A DNA stretch of 62,966 nucleotides, filler included, from Collodictyon triciliatum (GCA_043381765.1; 12 parts of 12 records of this genome joined end to end with filler, not necessarily neighbours in it), one strand, 5' to 3'; shown: positions 1 through 13,239, counted from the first letter of the whole stretch. The notes: generated from the sequence alone by a model not told the origin. A program made the numbers and translations.

Positions 1-87
1 TGTATTTTAATTTTTCTTAATCTTTACACTTAAAATCGAATAAAGGGGAAAGTATCCTAATGTATCCATTTATTTGTTATTTATTTG

Positions 88-118
<31 letters not shown>

Positions 119-135
119 TTATTTATTTATTATTT

Positions 136-215
<80 letters not shown>

Positions 216-282
216 TTGGTTTGTTCGCTTAATACGTTTTTTTGGGAAACCCCTATTCACATCTTGATAACTTTAAATTTAG

Positions 283-1698
283 GTTTGTGCAAAAGGTTTT
301 TACAAAGACAAGAAAACAGGTAAATGCCTTAAAGGAAAGACATGTCCCGATTGTGGAAGTCATGGTCAATGCAACGGACTTACTGGTACTTTTTGATAAA
401 GATATCATTTGAGTAAGTCCATTCCTTGTATATGCTCAATAGTATGCTGAATTGGAGTCTTCGAATTTTCCATCAGGTACCTGTGTGTGCGAAGCCCTTT
501 TCCAAGGCCCTACTTGTGCAGAGTGTGTCCCTGGACATAGCGGGGATGATTGCCAGACACAAGTGATCGGTAAATGATTCTTTGATTTCTGCAAGTTATT
601 TTATTCTTACTTTTACAGAACTTGCCATTCATGATGAAGCTAACCAAATGATTTTGACCTCTATTTCAAGGGAAACAATCAAGTACTAGCCACCTGAGGG
701 TATGGTGTTTTTTTTTTTTCAAAAGATACTCCGTTTTTATGTTCCAATAGCCACAATTTCCTAAAAAAAAAATTTATAAAAAAAAATGCCGGTTCAACTC
801 TTTTCCTTTTTCCTTCTTTTCTGAATATACTGACGCATTTACGGTACCTTCATAGTCGATTGCAATTGGCTTGACCGTAACGCTGATTGTGGCAGCTGTG
901 TACTTGATTGTCAAAAAGAAACCAGAGGTATGAATTACAGCATGTTGTAAATCACGTTTTCATAGAGTATGCAAACTTTGCACAAGGCAGCAACATCATC
1001 AGGCCTTGTCTTCACTTATATCTATAACCCGATTGAGATTTTTTTAGACGAAAAAATATATAAAGAATAAGTTTAATATGCCCATAAACATGACTGTCGA
1101 ATGATTTGCATACTTTGATTATTTTTTTCTCTAAATTTGACACGGTGACATTATTTGGGGCGTTGTTAGCCAATTTGAAACGGTCGTGGCTGTGTTTAAC
1201 TTTTTCTTTTTTTTTTCTTATCAACGAATAGGTGATTCCATATCAGTTCTTTATGATTCCCCAAGATGACAGGGAGCGCGATGTGGAAATGTCTCGTCTT
1301 CACGGGTCCGATGAGGAGGAAGGCCACGCACTAGGGTGGGATTTCTCATTTCTGACATGCTTCACATCTCGCACTTTTAAGACCCTTTGAGGGGCTTTTG
1401 CGTGCGAATAGGAGCAATCGAAAGGTTGCAAAATCTGTTTACGACTCAATGCTGGCCATTTCCATCAATTAGTGACAATTCGTCAGATGAGGATGAATTC
1501 TCCTTTGTTACACAGCCGAAGCAGGTTTGATATTTGTGTCTAGATGTAGTTCGGAATATGTAGTTCTTGCGTGATTCAGTTGAATGGACCGATGTATGCG
1601 TCTCTTGTGCCATTTTTTATTTTTTCTGTTAGAGTCTTTTGATACTATCGCTCTTGTTGTAGAATCAACGAGGGAGCAATCGACATAGCCGCCGTTGA
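283..1698 (+). CDS. 3' part of an EGF/laminin-EGF-like single-pass membrane protein (multi-exon, 5' end outside window)
   Basis: Manually spliced GT-AG exons give VCAKGFYKDKKTGKCLKGKTCPDCGSHGQCNGLTG|TCVCEALFQGPTCAECVPGHSGDDCQ (EGF cysteine spacing), a TM helix SIAIGLTVTLIVAAVYLIV followed by KKKP, and an acidic tail ending NQRGSNRHSRR* (TGA 1696-1698). Confidence 0.75.
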
Positions 1699-2647
1699 TT
1701 ACACACCCAAACTCGCTGGTCGCAAACGTCCAATGACGCAAACATCCAAAAAAAAAAATACTGAAGAACGGACTCTTCTAAAAAGGGAGCATCATAGAGC
1801 TTTTTTTTTCGGCCAACGCGCACACCCACCACCAAACACGGATTGAAGGAAGAATAAATGAAAAAGAAAAAAATGAGGATGATAGGAATGGGTGCATGTC
1901 TGCTGGGAAAACTGCGCGAATTCGCTCTTCTCTGCCACCTCTTGTTCCTGTGAGGGATTGACAGCGAACTCTCGAAATCATCACACAAGGTCATTTACAT
2001 CACTCAGGTTCCTTCTTTGGGGGATTGTGTTTTAGAAAAAAATATATATTTTTTTTAGATTTGAGGTTTGCAGCAAAGAATGAAATTATCTAAGTATGGA
2101 AAATATATGAATTATTTTTGATGCGTTATTTGATAATTTTTTTTGATATGCACACAATAAAATATCTAATTGTAGAATAGATTAATATACATGTATACCT
2201 TCACGTTGCATTCTGAGAAGATGCTCTTGAGATATTCTTGGATGGAATGCCGTCTGAAATTCTCACTTCTCTCAACACATTCTACGAACAAACCCAAAAC
2301 TGGGAGCAGATTTAAAGCGACAAACCCAAATCCGTCCTGCCTAACCTCGAATCGAATAGAACATTCTCGCAGTGAGAAGAAGACACGGCACAGTGCAACA
2401 CATTCACACAGCAAAAGCATGGACTATTGCAAGGAGACTTGAGCCGAGGAAAGACAAAAAGACAAAGAGACCAGGGAGAACAAAGGCCGAAACACAAATC
2501 AAATCCACAGAAGCGCGTACACGAAACAAAGACGTGGCAATGCGTTGTGAGGGCGCCCAGGCATCAACGCCAACCCAGCGCAAGCCTCGTCACCCACGCA
2601 AGCACACAGCACATAATCAGCTGCTCAAGATGATCAAATCACCACCG

Positions 2648-2747
2648 NNNNNNNNNNNNNNNNNNNNNNNNNNNNNNNNNNNNNNNNNNNNTTAATTAAT
2701 TAANNNNNNNNNNNNNNNNNNNNNNNNNNNNNNNNNNNNNNNNNNNN
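2648..2747. other. Artificial contig linker N44-TTAATTAATTAA-N44 (first of 11)
   Basis: Identical 100-bp linkers start at about 2648, 8442, 14303, 20163, 26024, 31883, 37741, 43599, 49456, 55314 and 61169. The core has stops in all frames, and the intervening contigs are all ~5.7-5.76 kb. Confidence 0.97.
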
Positions 2748-3613
2748 TTTTGTTTTTTGTTTTTTGTTTTTTGTTTTTTGTTTTTTGTTTTTTGTTTTTT
2801 GTTTTTTCGTTTTTTCGTTTTTTGTTTTTTCGTTTTTTTGTTTTGGACGTGGGCCGCGCTCACAGGTATGGTGGGCGTGGTTTGATGGTGATCAATTTGA
2901 TGTGATTTTTCGGCTAAGTAACGGAAAGTAACGATTTCTAATCAAAGAAGTTTTATGAAAATTCAAACCATTGTGCAGAATTATATACATATAAGTATAT
3001 TTTAATTGAATTGTTTGGAACAATTTTTTGATGACTGTGCGAATTTACATTGCTTGCCTCGGTTATGAGACATAATTGAGTATCTATCAATTAAGAATGT
3101 AAAAATATATATATCTGCATTTTTTTGAAATCTAAAAAATCTGATTTAAATTACATTAGTCACAGAAAATGTAAAATTGTATTAATTCCAGACTTGAAAT
3201 TAAAGTGGATATATTCCACAATAGTAGATGGGAGAGGAAAGGGTGGACTCAGAGACAGCCAGTCGTGTATCTGTTTAATTTATGTCTAAAGCCATATCAT
3301 ATCGAATGAGATGAAAAGAAGAAAAGAAAAAGAAAGCAACGGAATGGAAAAGCGGAAGAGAAGATAGCGTCGGCTGAGGTATAGGAAAACAAAAAATCTG
3401 GTCATGAGAAAACTGGTGAGGGGATGGGACGATAGCAGCGGAAGGGTGGTAAGGTGCCAAAACACGAGGGCGAACAGAAGGAACAAAGAGGTTATTTTTT
3501 TCTCTAATTTTTTTTTAAAAAGAAAAAGAAAAAGAAAAAGAAAATTGGAATAATGACGGAAGATGAAGAAAGAAAAAGGAAGCAAGGAATAAACCCTCTT
3601 CAAGGATTGGAGT

Positions 3614-6600
3614 CTAGGTTAGGAACACGACGAATCCACCTTGAGTTTTTACTCCACATGCTGGGCATAGACGCACTTTTGGACCGCAATCCCGACAACA
3701 GACAAGGTGGTGGCATTCGTTCATGACATAGCACGGTGTTGCGATGAGGCAGGATTGGCAGAGATAAGGGGAGTAAGGGAAGCACTGAAGGGTGTATATC
3801 AACCATTTGATGACTTGGATGTCTCTTTCTTGTGCCTGGGGAAAGAACAATGGGATTTGTTGCTCTTCGAGGGCAACCAAAGATTCATGGGTGTAAGATT
3901 GTTCCTGAAGCATGGCTATGACTGATTCTGGGGAATTCATGTATGTTAACCAAGCATGAAAGCTATGTATGCGGAATGGAGATAATGGGGTCATTGGAGA
4001 TTCCAGGACCAACTGGGTTTCGAGGGTAAGGGCCAAATTTGAGGTTGCATTGTACTTTAGGCGATTCAAAGCATCGACGAATCGCAGGTTGGTGGAGATG
4101 GATATTTGGTTGGGGACATCATTAAGTCTTGTCATGAAAGTAGATGGACATGAGATGAGAGATTCTGCGTGCCAATGCTCCACGATATCATTAAAGGCAC
4201 GTCCTCGGAATCCCAAACAAGAGATGTATGTTTGGATGTCTTCCAAGGACCAGTCCTGTGGGGCAAGTTGGGTTGAAGAGAGTTTCTTTAGGAATTGGGA
4301 CCACCTTTGGGCGATTGGAGTGGCCATCCCTGTGACGTATTTTCCGTTGTTAACCATTTGAATTAGGCGTTGTTCCGAGAAAGAAAGCAGAGAGGAGAGG
4401 AAAGCAAGTTCATTCCGGACCCTCTTTTTCGCGGTAGGAGACTGAGTTGAGCTTGCGGAGAGACGTTGGGTCATATCCCGGAGGGAAGTGAGATGGGCTT
4501 TTAGTTTTTCGAGCAACTTTGCATTATAAGCCAGGAGCTCCTGCATATAGGCATGCCGCACATTGAGGGGCCATTTCTTTAGAATATCAATGGGGAAGAA
4601 GGCACGATTTGCGGCAGCCACCAAGGCTGTAGACTTCATCAGACGAGTGGATGCAAAGCTTTCCTCATAGAATGCATCAGGGAGGGGAACGTCCACACAA
4701 GGAGCGTCTTGGATCTCTATGATTCAGACGATAGCAATTGAATATGTTATTTTATTTTGCAAAACAAACAAACAAAAAGAAAATCAAAGGAGAAGAAAAA
4801 AGATAAAGAAGGAAGGAATCAATGAAAAAATAAAATAGAAAAATAAAATAGAAAAATAAAATAGAAAAATAAAATAGAAAAATAAAATAGAAAAACAAAA
4901 TAGAAAAACAAAATAGAAAAACAAAATAGAAAAACAAAATAGAAAAACAAAATAGAAAAACAAAATAGAAAAACAAAATAGAAAAACAAAATAGAAAAAC
5001 AAAATAGAAAAACAAAATAGAAAAACAAAATAGAAAAACAAAATAGAAAAACAAAATAGAAAAACAAAATAGAAAAACAAAATAGAAAAACAAAATAGAA
5101 TCAATACAATAGAAAAATACAATTGAATCAATAAAAAAATATAATCGTAAAGAGATAGTTGCGAGCGCGAGTGAAATGTGTCTTTCTGAGGAATGTTCGA
5201 TTGCGGAAGAGGAATGCACGTGTAAATGAAACCGTGTAAATATATGTAAATGGATGAATGGATGAATGGATGAATGGATGAATGAAGAGATGAAGAGATG
5301 AAGAGATGAAGAGATGAAGAGATGGAGAGATGAAGAGATGAAAAGATGAAAAAGATGAAAAGATGAATGGATGTAAAAAGAGAGAATGCAGAGATGAGGA
5401 TACCGTCGGGGGCAGGGAGGAGCCAGACGCGGGCCTCCATGTCGGCGGCGGCGGTGACGAAAGCGGCGGAGAAGCGTGTGGAGAGGGCGTGGGGGAGAGG
5501 GAGCGAGCAGACGCGCATGAGGCTGGCGGTGTGGCCGGAGAGGACGCGGAGGCAGCGCCCGGAGGCGAGGTCCCAGACGCGTGCGGAGGCGTCCATGGAG
5601 GCGGAGACGCAGAGGAGGGGGGCGTCCGGGGGGGAGTGGGAGTCGGGGTGGGGGTGGGGGAATGCGAGGGACCAGACGACGTCTGCGTGGCCGGGGAGGA
5701 CGCGGAGGCAGGCGCGGGTCGGGGCGTGCCAGAGGCGCAGGGTGTGGTCGCCGGCGGCGGAGAGCAGCAGGGCGGGGCGGGCGGGGACGAAGCGGGCGGC
5801 GTAGACCCAGTCGGTGTGGCCGCGCAGGACGCCGAGGCATTGGCCGTCGGAGACACGCCAGAGGCGCAGGGTGTGGTCGTAGGAGGCGGTGGCGAGGGCG
5901 CGGCCGTCGGGGGCAAAGTCAGCGGCGCGCACGATGTCTGCGTGGCCGGCCAGGACGTGGACGAGGGCGGCGTGGGGCAGGGCAAGGATGCTGGCCGTCC
6001 CGTCGTACGAGCACAGCGCCAGGCGGCTGCCGTCCGCAGAGAACGCCACGTGCCGGATCTCCCCGCGGTGGTGCCGCAGCGCCGCCACCCGCGCCCCCGT
6101 CGCCGCGTCCCACACGCGCGCAACCCCGTCCGACCCCGCCGTCACCACCTGCGCCCGGTGCGCCCCCGCCGGGCTGAACGCCGCCTCGTACACCACGCTC
6201 CCGGCCTCGTGCGTCAGCACCTGCCGCACAGCCCCGTCCGACATCCCCACCACAAGCACACGCGCGTCCGACCCGCACGTCGCAAGCAGCGCCCCGTCCG
6301 CGGAGAATGCGCAGCTCACCACCCGCGACTGGTGCGTCCAGACCTCGTGCACCACCCGGAACCGCACCCGCCCCCGCCCGTGCCCTTCTCCTTCTCCTTC
6401 TCCTTCTCCCTGCCTCTGCCTCTGCCTCTGTCTCTGCCTCTGTCTCTGTCCTTCTCCTTCTCCCTGTCTCTGTCTCTGTCCCGCTGCAGTTCCGGAGTCG
6501 CCTGTCGTGGCTTCAACCTCTGCTCTGCTCGGCCCTTCCGTCTCTGCTTTGCTTCTGTTGGTTGCTTCCGTCTCTGCTTTGCTTGGCGCTCCCGTTTCAG

Positions 6601-6946
6601 TCTCGGTTCTGTTTGCTGCTTCGGGCTCGGAGTCAATTGGCGCTGCAGTTTCAGTCTCGGTTCTGTTTGCTGCTTCGGGTTCGGAGTCAGTTGGAGCTGC
6701 AGTTTCAGTCTCGGTTCTGTTTGCTGCTTCGGGTTCGGAGTCAGTTGGCGCTGCAGTTTCAGTCTCGGTTCTGTTCGCTGCTTCGGGCTCGGAGTCTGGT
6801 TCGGGGTCGATGGACATCTGCCAGACGAGGCAGAGTGAGTCGAAGCCGACCGTGGCGATCAGGCCTGTGGAGGATGTGGCGCACCAGTTGACGCAGCCGC
6901 TGTGTCCGGGGAGCACGAAGGAGGGGATGGACGAGCCTGGCTCCAT
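3614..6946 (-). CDS. WD40-repeat / SAM-like / C-terminal RING (C3HC4, IAP/LRSAM-type) protein, two exons (6946-5404 and 4716-3614), ~881 aa; putative E3 ligase
   Basis: Exon 1 has multiple GH...WD/WR repeats. The GT donor at 5403 and AG acceptor at 4717 are phase-compatible (PDG|AG gives ...PDEIQDAPCVDVPLPD). Exon 2 contains WSLEDIQTYISCLGF (SAM-like) and CQSC...CHHLVCCRDC...CPAC (RING). Confidence 0.85.
4830..5100 (+). repeat. Intronic 13-bp minisatellite (AAAATAGAAAAAC)n
   Basis: Directly visible tandem array inside the WD40-RING intron. Confidence 0.95.
6585..6796 (-). repeat. Coding 54-bp tandem repeat, ~4 copies (DSEPEAANRTETETAAPT)
   Basis: Near-identical 54-nt units without spacers, in frame within the WD40 exon. 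Confidence 0.95.
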
Positions 6947-8261
6947 GGGTGTGCCTGGGCTTTTGATTCAGTTTGCTTTTGTGTTCTCGTTTCTGCCCCA
7001 GTTATTTATTTGCTTGCTTGCTCGCTGGTATTTAGCTATTGTATTTTATTTGCATTTATCTATCTATTTTTTTTTATATTTATAGTGAAATGCAGCGCCA
7101 GCTTTTCAGTTGCTTGTGATCGTGTTTCGTCTGTGCTGTGTGCTGATCTTCAGTTCTTTTTATTCTTGGACTGGTTTCTTTTCTTTTCTTTTCTCTCTCT
7201 CTCTCTCTTTTGTTTTTCTTTTTGTTTATTTTGTTGCTGTTTACAGATTCGTGTTGAAGATGAAGCGGCCTGATCGTACCTGATTGTGTATATATATGTG
7301 TGTGTAAGAGGGAGTATGCTTCGGTATGCAAATGTCATTTTGTGGGGGTTGGATAAAAAGGAAGGGAGGGAGAGGCGGTGGGATGATTGTTGGCACCCTT
7401 TTTTTCACTTCCGGGATAAAGAGCTTGAGGAACTCGGTCAGCTTTTGGTTCAGTGGAACGCGTACCCTTACTTTAATGTCCGCACAGCGAATAAGAAACT
7501 GTTTGGTATGGGCGGCAAGTGACCGTAAAAAGAAAATAAAAAAAAATAAGATAAAATAATTTTAATATATTAAAGAAGGTTGCTTGATGATGCGAGAGGT
7601 TGACCCATTACACTATTTTTTTCCCTTTAATGATTTTTCTTTAAATATTCTTTAGGTTTGTTTCTTCTCACAATTATGTGCATGTATGTTTTGGATGGAA
7701 TTCTAATGTAAGAAAGTGTAAATATGTTCTTCAGAGAGGATACGATGTGGGTTATTTTCTTCATCCATTCTTTCATTCCGTGGGTTCTTACAGCACGGTA
7801 CAGAATATGACATTAAAATGGAAAGGATTTAAATTGCAAACCTCACACCACTCATAGAAATCAATCTAATACAATAGACAAAGTTCAATAAACAGGCTGT
7901 CTTTTAATCAAAACAAAACAAGGGCATTTCATTATTATATTTTGAAAGGGCGTATCCCTTCAAAAAAAATCCTTAATATCCATTTTTGATGGTCATTCAA
8001 TCTAATGATGTGATATATATATTTAAGAAAGAAAATAGACATAATATGTCGTCCTTCCTCTTACCGTCGCACGAGCATCTCTGGGGGTTTTCTTCTCTGG
8101 TCCTTTTTCTCGAATAGAGTCGACAAAGCAACGATGTATCTTTGCATTTGTCAGATTAGTGTCCAGAATACGACAATCCTATACAATTGAATTTTGGTGA
8201 TAATGGAAGTATACCCATTTACAAGTAAGGAAGACAGACAGGCATATATTTATAAAATGAG

Positions 8262-8441
8262 TGAAGTGAAGTGAAGAGAAGTGAAGAGAAGTGAAGAGAA
8301 GTGAAGAGAAGTGAAGAGAAGTGAAGAGAAGTGAAGAGAAGAGAAGAGAAGTGAAGAGAAGTGAAGAGAAGTGAAGAGAAGTGAAGAGAAGTGAAGAGAA
8401 GTGAAGAGAAGTGAAGAGAAGTGAAGAGAAGAGAAGAGAAG
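8262..8441 (+). repeat. (GAGAAGTGAA)n tandem repeat at contig end
   Basis: Directly visible 10-bp unit array. Confidence 0.95.
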
Positions 8442-11400
8442 NNNNNNNNNNNNNNNNNNNNNNNNNNNNNNNNNNNNNNNNNNNNTTAATTAATTAANNN
8501 NNNNNNNNNNNNNNNNNNNNNNNNNNNNNNNNNNNNNNNNNATTTTATTGGTATTTTATTGGTATTTTATTGGTATTTTATTGGTATTTTATTGGTATTT
8601 TATTGGTATTTTATTGGTATTTTATTGGTATTTTATTGGTTTTTTATTGGTTTTTTATTGGTTTTTTATTGTTTTTTCATTGTTTTTTCATTGTTTTTTC
8701 ATTGTTTTTTATTGTTTTTATTCGACTCTATTGAATTCATAAATATTACTCTAAATCATCGCTCTATGGCTATTAAAATAGCACATTCAGACTTGCGAAT
8801 ACGTAGAGTTGTGAAAAAACTATTCATTATTCTTCAATAATCAAGTCTCCCAAAGAATGGGTACAACTCTATTTAGCACAAACATCTATATGAATTATCA
8901 TCCCAAATCTATGTGACACTAGAGCGAGGCTCTGCGATGCACTCTCGGGATTAGTGCAGCTTTCAGCTTATCCAAGAGATATTTGGACCCAGCATAAACG
9001 GTGTCCAGAAAAAAGGCACTTTGCGGAGCCATGTTGGTATTTTTTTTTCCATTAAGTCAATGAATGGCTCATGCGTCTCCAAACCAACCTTCTTCAATCA
9101 TACACCATATTTGATGACGATACGCTGAATTACATCAAGTAGACATTTTATCTTAATTGCTTTCTTGCTATATTTATATGTTTACATAATGATGGCAGGT
9201 AGCAATCAGGAAACCTGAGGCAAATGAATGCTTGATTTTCAAATAGATTCACTGTTACTTACCCATATATCCTGTCGATATGTCGCCTCACTCGCCCAAA
9301 ATTCAATCGTCTCCGCTATTTCTCAACCGTCTTTTCTCTTCACCCATCAGGCACAAACCATCTACCATCTGTAATGCGCACAATTGCCTCTTTTTTTTGT
9401 AAAAGTATTGATGAGGGTGGGGCTGTTTTAATTAAAGATAGAAAGACATGCAATATTGTTGCATCTAATCTACATATGATGCGATACTCCACCCGCGTGC
9501 TTTTGTGAATTGACAAAGAGTGACAACATTATTTGAGGGCAGCAAGTGTTCGAGATTATGAAAAAAAAGCATGAGACGAAATATTACGCTAGGTATATTT
9601 TATACGTTTCCCAGTTCTATGATTTCCTTAAAGTTTAATACATTAATTATATTTTCCAATTTATAATATTTCCAGATTTGATTAGTTTTGGTTTTCTACG
9701 AGACTTCATAGAATTTTTTCGCAATAAGATTATAAACCTTATAATTCAGTAAATAAGAACCAATGCGAAGAAAGTTTTGATATTTTCCGAATTAGGGTGA
9801 TAAAAAAGCCACAAATCTTGAATCATTCAAAGAAATAGACCAATATCTGAACAAAAGACACTGCAGCTTTTAGATAACTAGTTCTATTTTAACCAACGAT
9901 GCTGTTCTGTTTCGGGAGATTCGCTATTTTTACTATCATCATAGCATTCAGTAGCCCCGATTCCTTGGACTTGTGGGTTGTACTGATTAGCGCACGCGAT
10001 AAATGTATGTATTCTGAATACCGAACATGCAATGAAATTCTGTAAAATTTGTATATATCGTCATTAATGCAACATGTGATTTAATTATTGTAATTGCATA
10101 AATCAAAAGAATAATAATGTCCAAAAAATAAATCATACTATATAATATCCGCTTTTGTATATTTTAGATCATTTCTAATTATGGAATAAGTTCAGATGCT
10201 TTTGCTTCAGTTCAATCTGCTTTTGTTCATATTTACACATTATGAAAGTTTTTTTTTTTATTTTGCCTTCATCTTAGTATTATTTAACAAAGAAGCAAAG
10301 CTTCAGAGTTTCTGTCAGAATGATTAATATGCTGCGTATGCGCCAGGGATGTATGGGCTGTAAGGACAGAAATCAACAAATGGCTGAGCGGAAGCCTCAA
10401 AACTCGCAAATTATAACAAGTGAAATGAGATATGGTTTTGAAATGCCGAGCCTGCGACTGTCTGGTCTCCTCTAATATTAGTTCAGCTTGCATGAGGAAG
10501 ATCTTGAACTTTAAAGTAAGAACCCTCACGTGCTCGTCGATGAGGATATCAAACTTGAGTTGCTTATCTCATCTGCATTTTCATATTTGGACGCAACTTC
10601 GTAGTGGACTTCTTGAGATAAGTGACAAGCTCTTCGGCTTCCGCGACGCTGACAAAGCCCATTCCTGGAGTGGCCTTGATTACAACCGGGTTGATAGTGG
10701 TAAAGCTCTTTGAGCTCAGCCTTGATCTGTCGGGTATTGATGCGAGTTTCGTACTTTTTATCCCAGCGTATGTGGTTCAGAACTGCGAGTCAAGAAGGAC
10801 ATGATGCGATGGGAGAGAAAGAGGAGGAAATTCACCGGCCCGTGGCTCTTGTGCTGACCTCATTCTATAGTGATGGCCCATACTAATATGCTTTACTCAA
10901 GATAGACCAGAAGACCATCTCATACGAGTTGATATCACTAGGCAGCCAAATACCTTTTCCAATCTCGAAAGGCCTCGGTGACAAGTTCTTTGAGCCTTTG
11001 ATGCCACTCACCGAGTTGATGGACGCGCCAATTTTACAAGGTTGATTTCAGATAGCTCGGAAATACCGTTCACAAGCAGGAAGTTTTAGATCTTGAGGTC
11101 GCGGTGCCGGATGAATCTTCGGCCATGTGAATGCAGGTATAAAAGGCCTTGAATTATATGCATGCCATATTTGAGGTGATGTCGTCTAAGTGCCATGTAA
11201 TTTTTTTATGAACAAGTAGAGCTCTTCGGCTTCTGCAAACTCCATGGAAAGAGCAGGTCGTTGCCCCAGAATTTAAAGTCGTAGAGCGCCATGGTGTTTG
11301 GGTGGTGCTGCAGCTCGAACATGATGCTGCCCTTTTTCTCGGCCAGGGCCTTTGGAAACTGCAAAGAGAGATATGTCACTCACCCTTCTTAACGGTAAAG

Positions 11401-13239
11401 AGGCTCTCCTTCGACTACACCGCAAGACCAAACCAAAGCCAGCCGTGCCCAAGATATTTTTCATTTTTCTCTCAATGTGTGTGGTCTAGAAGTCCGTGTG
11501 TTTTCTGAGAGGCATGTAGTAGGTATGGGTCGTTTGAGTGAGATGTTTCATGTAGTGTAGTCAGGAAATGAATTGTGAAAGATGAAAAAATTTACTAACT
11601 TGCTGATTCTTCGTTTTATGCGTTTCTCAATGTTGCAGGTTCAATCTGGGATATCGACCTGAAGGGAGTATGTTGGCCGTGTACCATCTCGTATGTACGT
11701 GTGCCTACATGTAGTAGAGTTGCAGAGCGTGGATGTGTTTGCAATTATTTCATGTATTTTGCGGAAAGGAAGTGTTGAGATGTCACACGATACCCTTCCT
11801 ATGGCTTTTCTGCAAGTGTGTTTCGTTCAGAGCTTCAGATTTATGGGCGCTTGAATTTGTGTTGTAAGCCTCTCCATCTGCGCACATCGCTTTTAGCCTC
11901 TTTTTATTCCAACATTAATGGAAATATATCGTGTTGTTTTAGAAACCAAATTGTTTTAGTTTGTCAAACATGGTTTTTCTCACGAGAATAAAACTTGTTC
12001 CAAAGTTGTATTTCATTTATCTGTCAACGGGAAAACCCTGGTTAGTATAAGGTTAACTTTTTTTCAATTTTTTTAATTTAAATTGGAATAGATGTATAAT
12101 CGCGGAGCTTTTTAAAGAGGGATTTTGGGAAACTACCAGATCTTTGCAAGTTCTTCAGAAATATACGTTCGGTTAGACCTCACGACAAGAATGAGGCGGG
12201 GACTGTGCAGGCGAGTGTGCTGGATTTTTGTGAGTGTCTTGCATACTTTTTATTTGTTAAGTGAATGTGCGTGACAGAACGCACAAAATGAGCGACGCGG
12301 CTGCGTGAGGGACATAGATACTTAGAAGTGTTGTGAGGGGTAGGGGCTGACTGTCGAAAAAGAAAAAAATAGTTGAATAAATCAGCCTGATACTTGTTTT
12401 TAATCAAAAAAAAAACTTGCCTGGTAGTAAATGTTTAGTTCCGACCTGACATCAATATGTATGAATACAAATGAATGCGTGTTTTCATTCAGTCATTGTC
12501 CTTTCGTGCTGTTGGTAGCAGCATGTCTCCCAATTTAACGGGTATTTCGTGGTGATTGTTATGGTAAATAATTTTTTGCAATTAATGAATTTCAATATCT
12601 AATTAATTATCATATATATATAAATTGTTGCCATTACTTTGTGCAGGATGGGCGGCGTTGCCTTGGTTCGATAGCCTTTATTTGGACGGACATCACTTGG
12701 ACATGGCGGCACGCAAGTAAATATCTATCGATTAATTTCATTTTATACACCCATATCATGTTTTGATTATTTATCAAGAATATATCCTAAATTTTTCTAT
12801 GCCTCATTTTTTTCTATCAGTCGGTTTTTTTTTTATCAATACGATTTAGGGTGCAATCGAATGGATTGTATCGCACGTGTGAACACTAGAATATCTTACT
12901 AAAGGATTTCCAACCCAATTGCACACTCACATCGATTACGACGTGAAATCCAATAAATTGGTATTGAGCAAATGGCGGGATAAATGCATTTTTTCAAGGA
13001 GCTCATCCCATTCGACCAGGCAGACCAGTTAAGATTCTACATTGTACGACTGAAGGTATTAAGTTGCTTTTTTTTTTCCAGCAAAGATGGTCAAACACAC
13101 TCAACTCTCCGCATTTCCGTTGACCATGACATATTCCAAGCTGTTTCGATATGAAATCACCAGTCCAAATCCTTGCATACTGTAGAAAATGAGTCGATGA
13201 CCCGATACTATAGGTATTATAGACCCGCCGATAGTCAAA

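Noticed and set aside
60-323. ORFs made of FIYL, MYVC, poly-I, poly-K, FVCL and similar runs here and throughout
   Set aside because: Translations of microsatellites or N gaps, not genes.
2692-2703. Regularly spaced TTAATTAATTAA palindrome as a biological motif
   Set aside because: Always centred in an exact 100-bp N block; it is an assembly linker with stops in all frames.
5394-5403. Donor GTATCCTC as a U12-type intron
   Set aside because: Imperfect match to GTATCCTT and no TCCTTAAC branch site seen near the acceptor; insufficient support.
6585-6796. 54-bp repeats as a CRISPR-like array
   Set aside because: Head-to-tail units without unique spacers, in frame within a eukaryotic exon, and no cas genes nearby.
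4752-7085. Long overlapping alternative-frame and antisense ORFs (491, 398, 362, 331 aa)
   Set aside because: By-products of very high GC and repeats overlapping the real WD40 frame; low-complexity translations.
10890-10960. IWLPSDINSYEMVFWSIL as a Tc1/mariner WPxxSPDLNPIE motif
   Set aside because: Too degenerate, and no upstream DD residues or TIRs could be identified.
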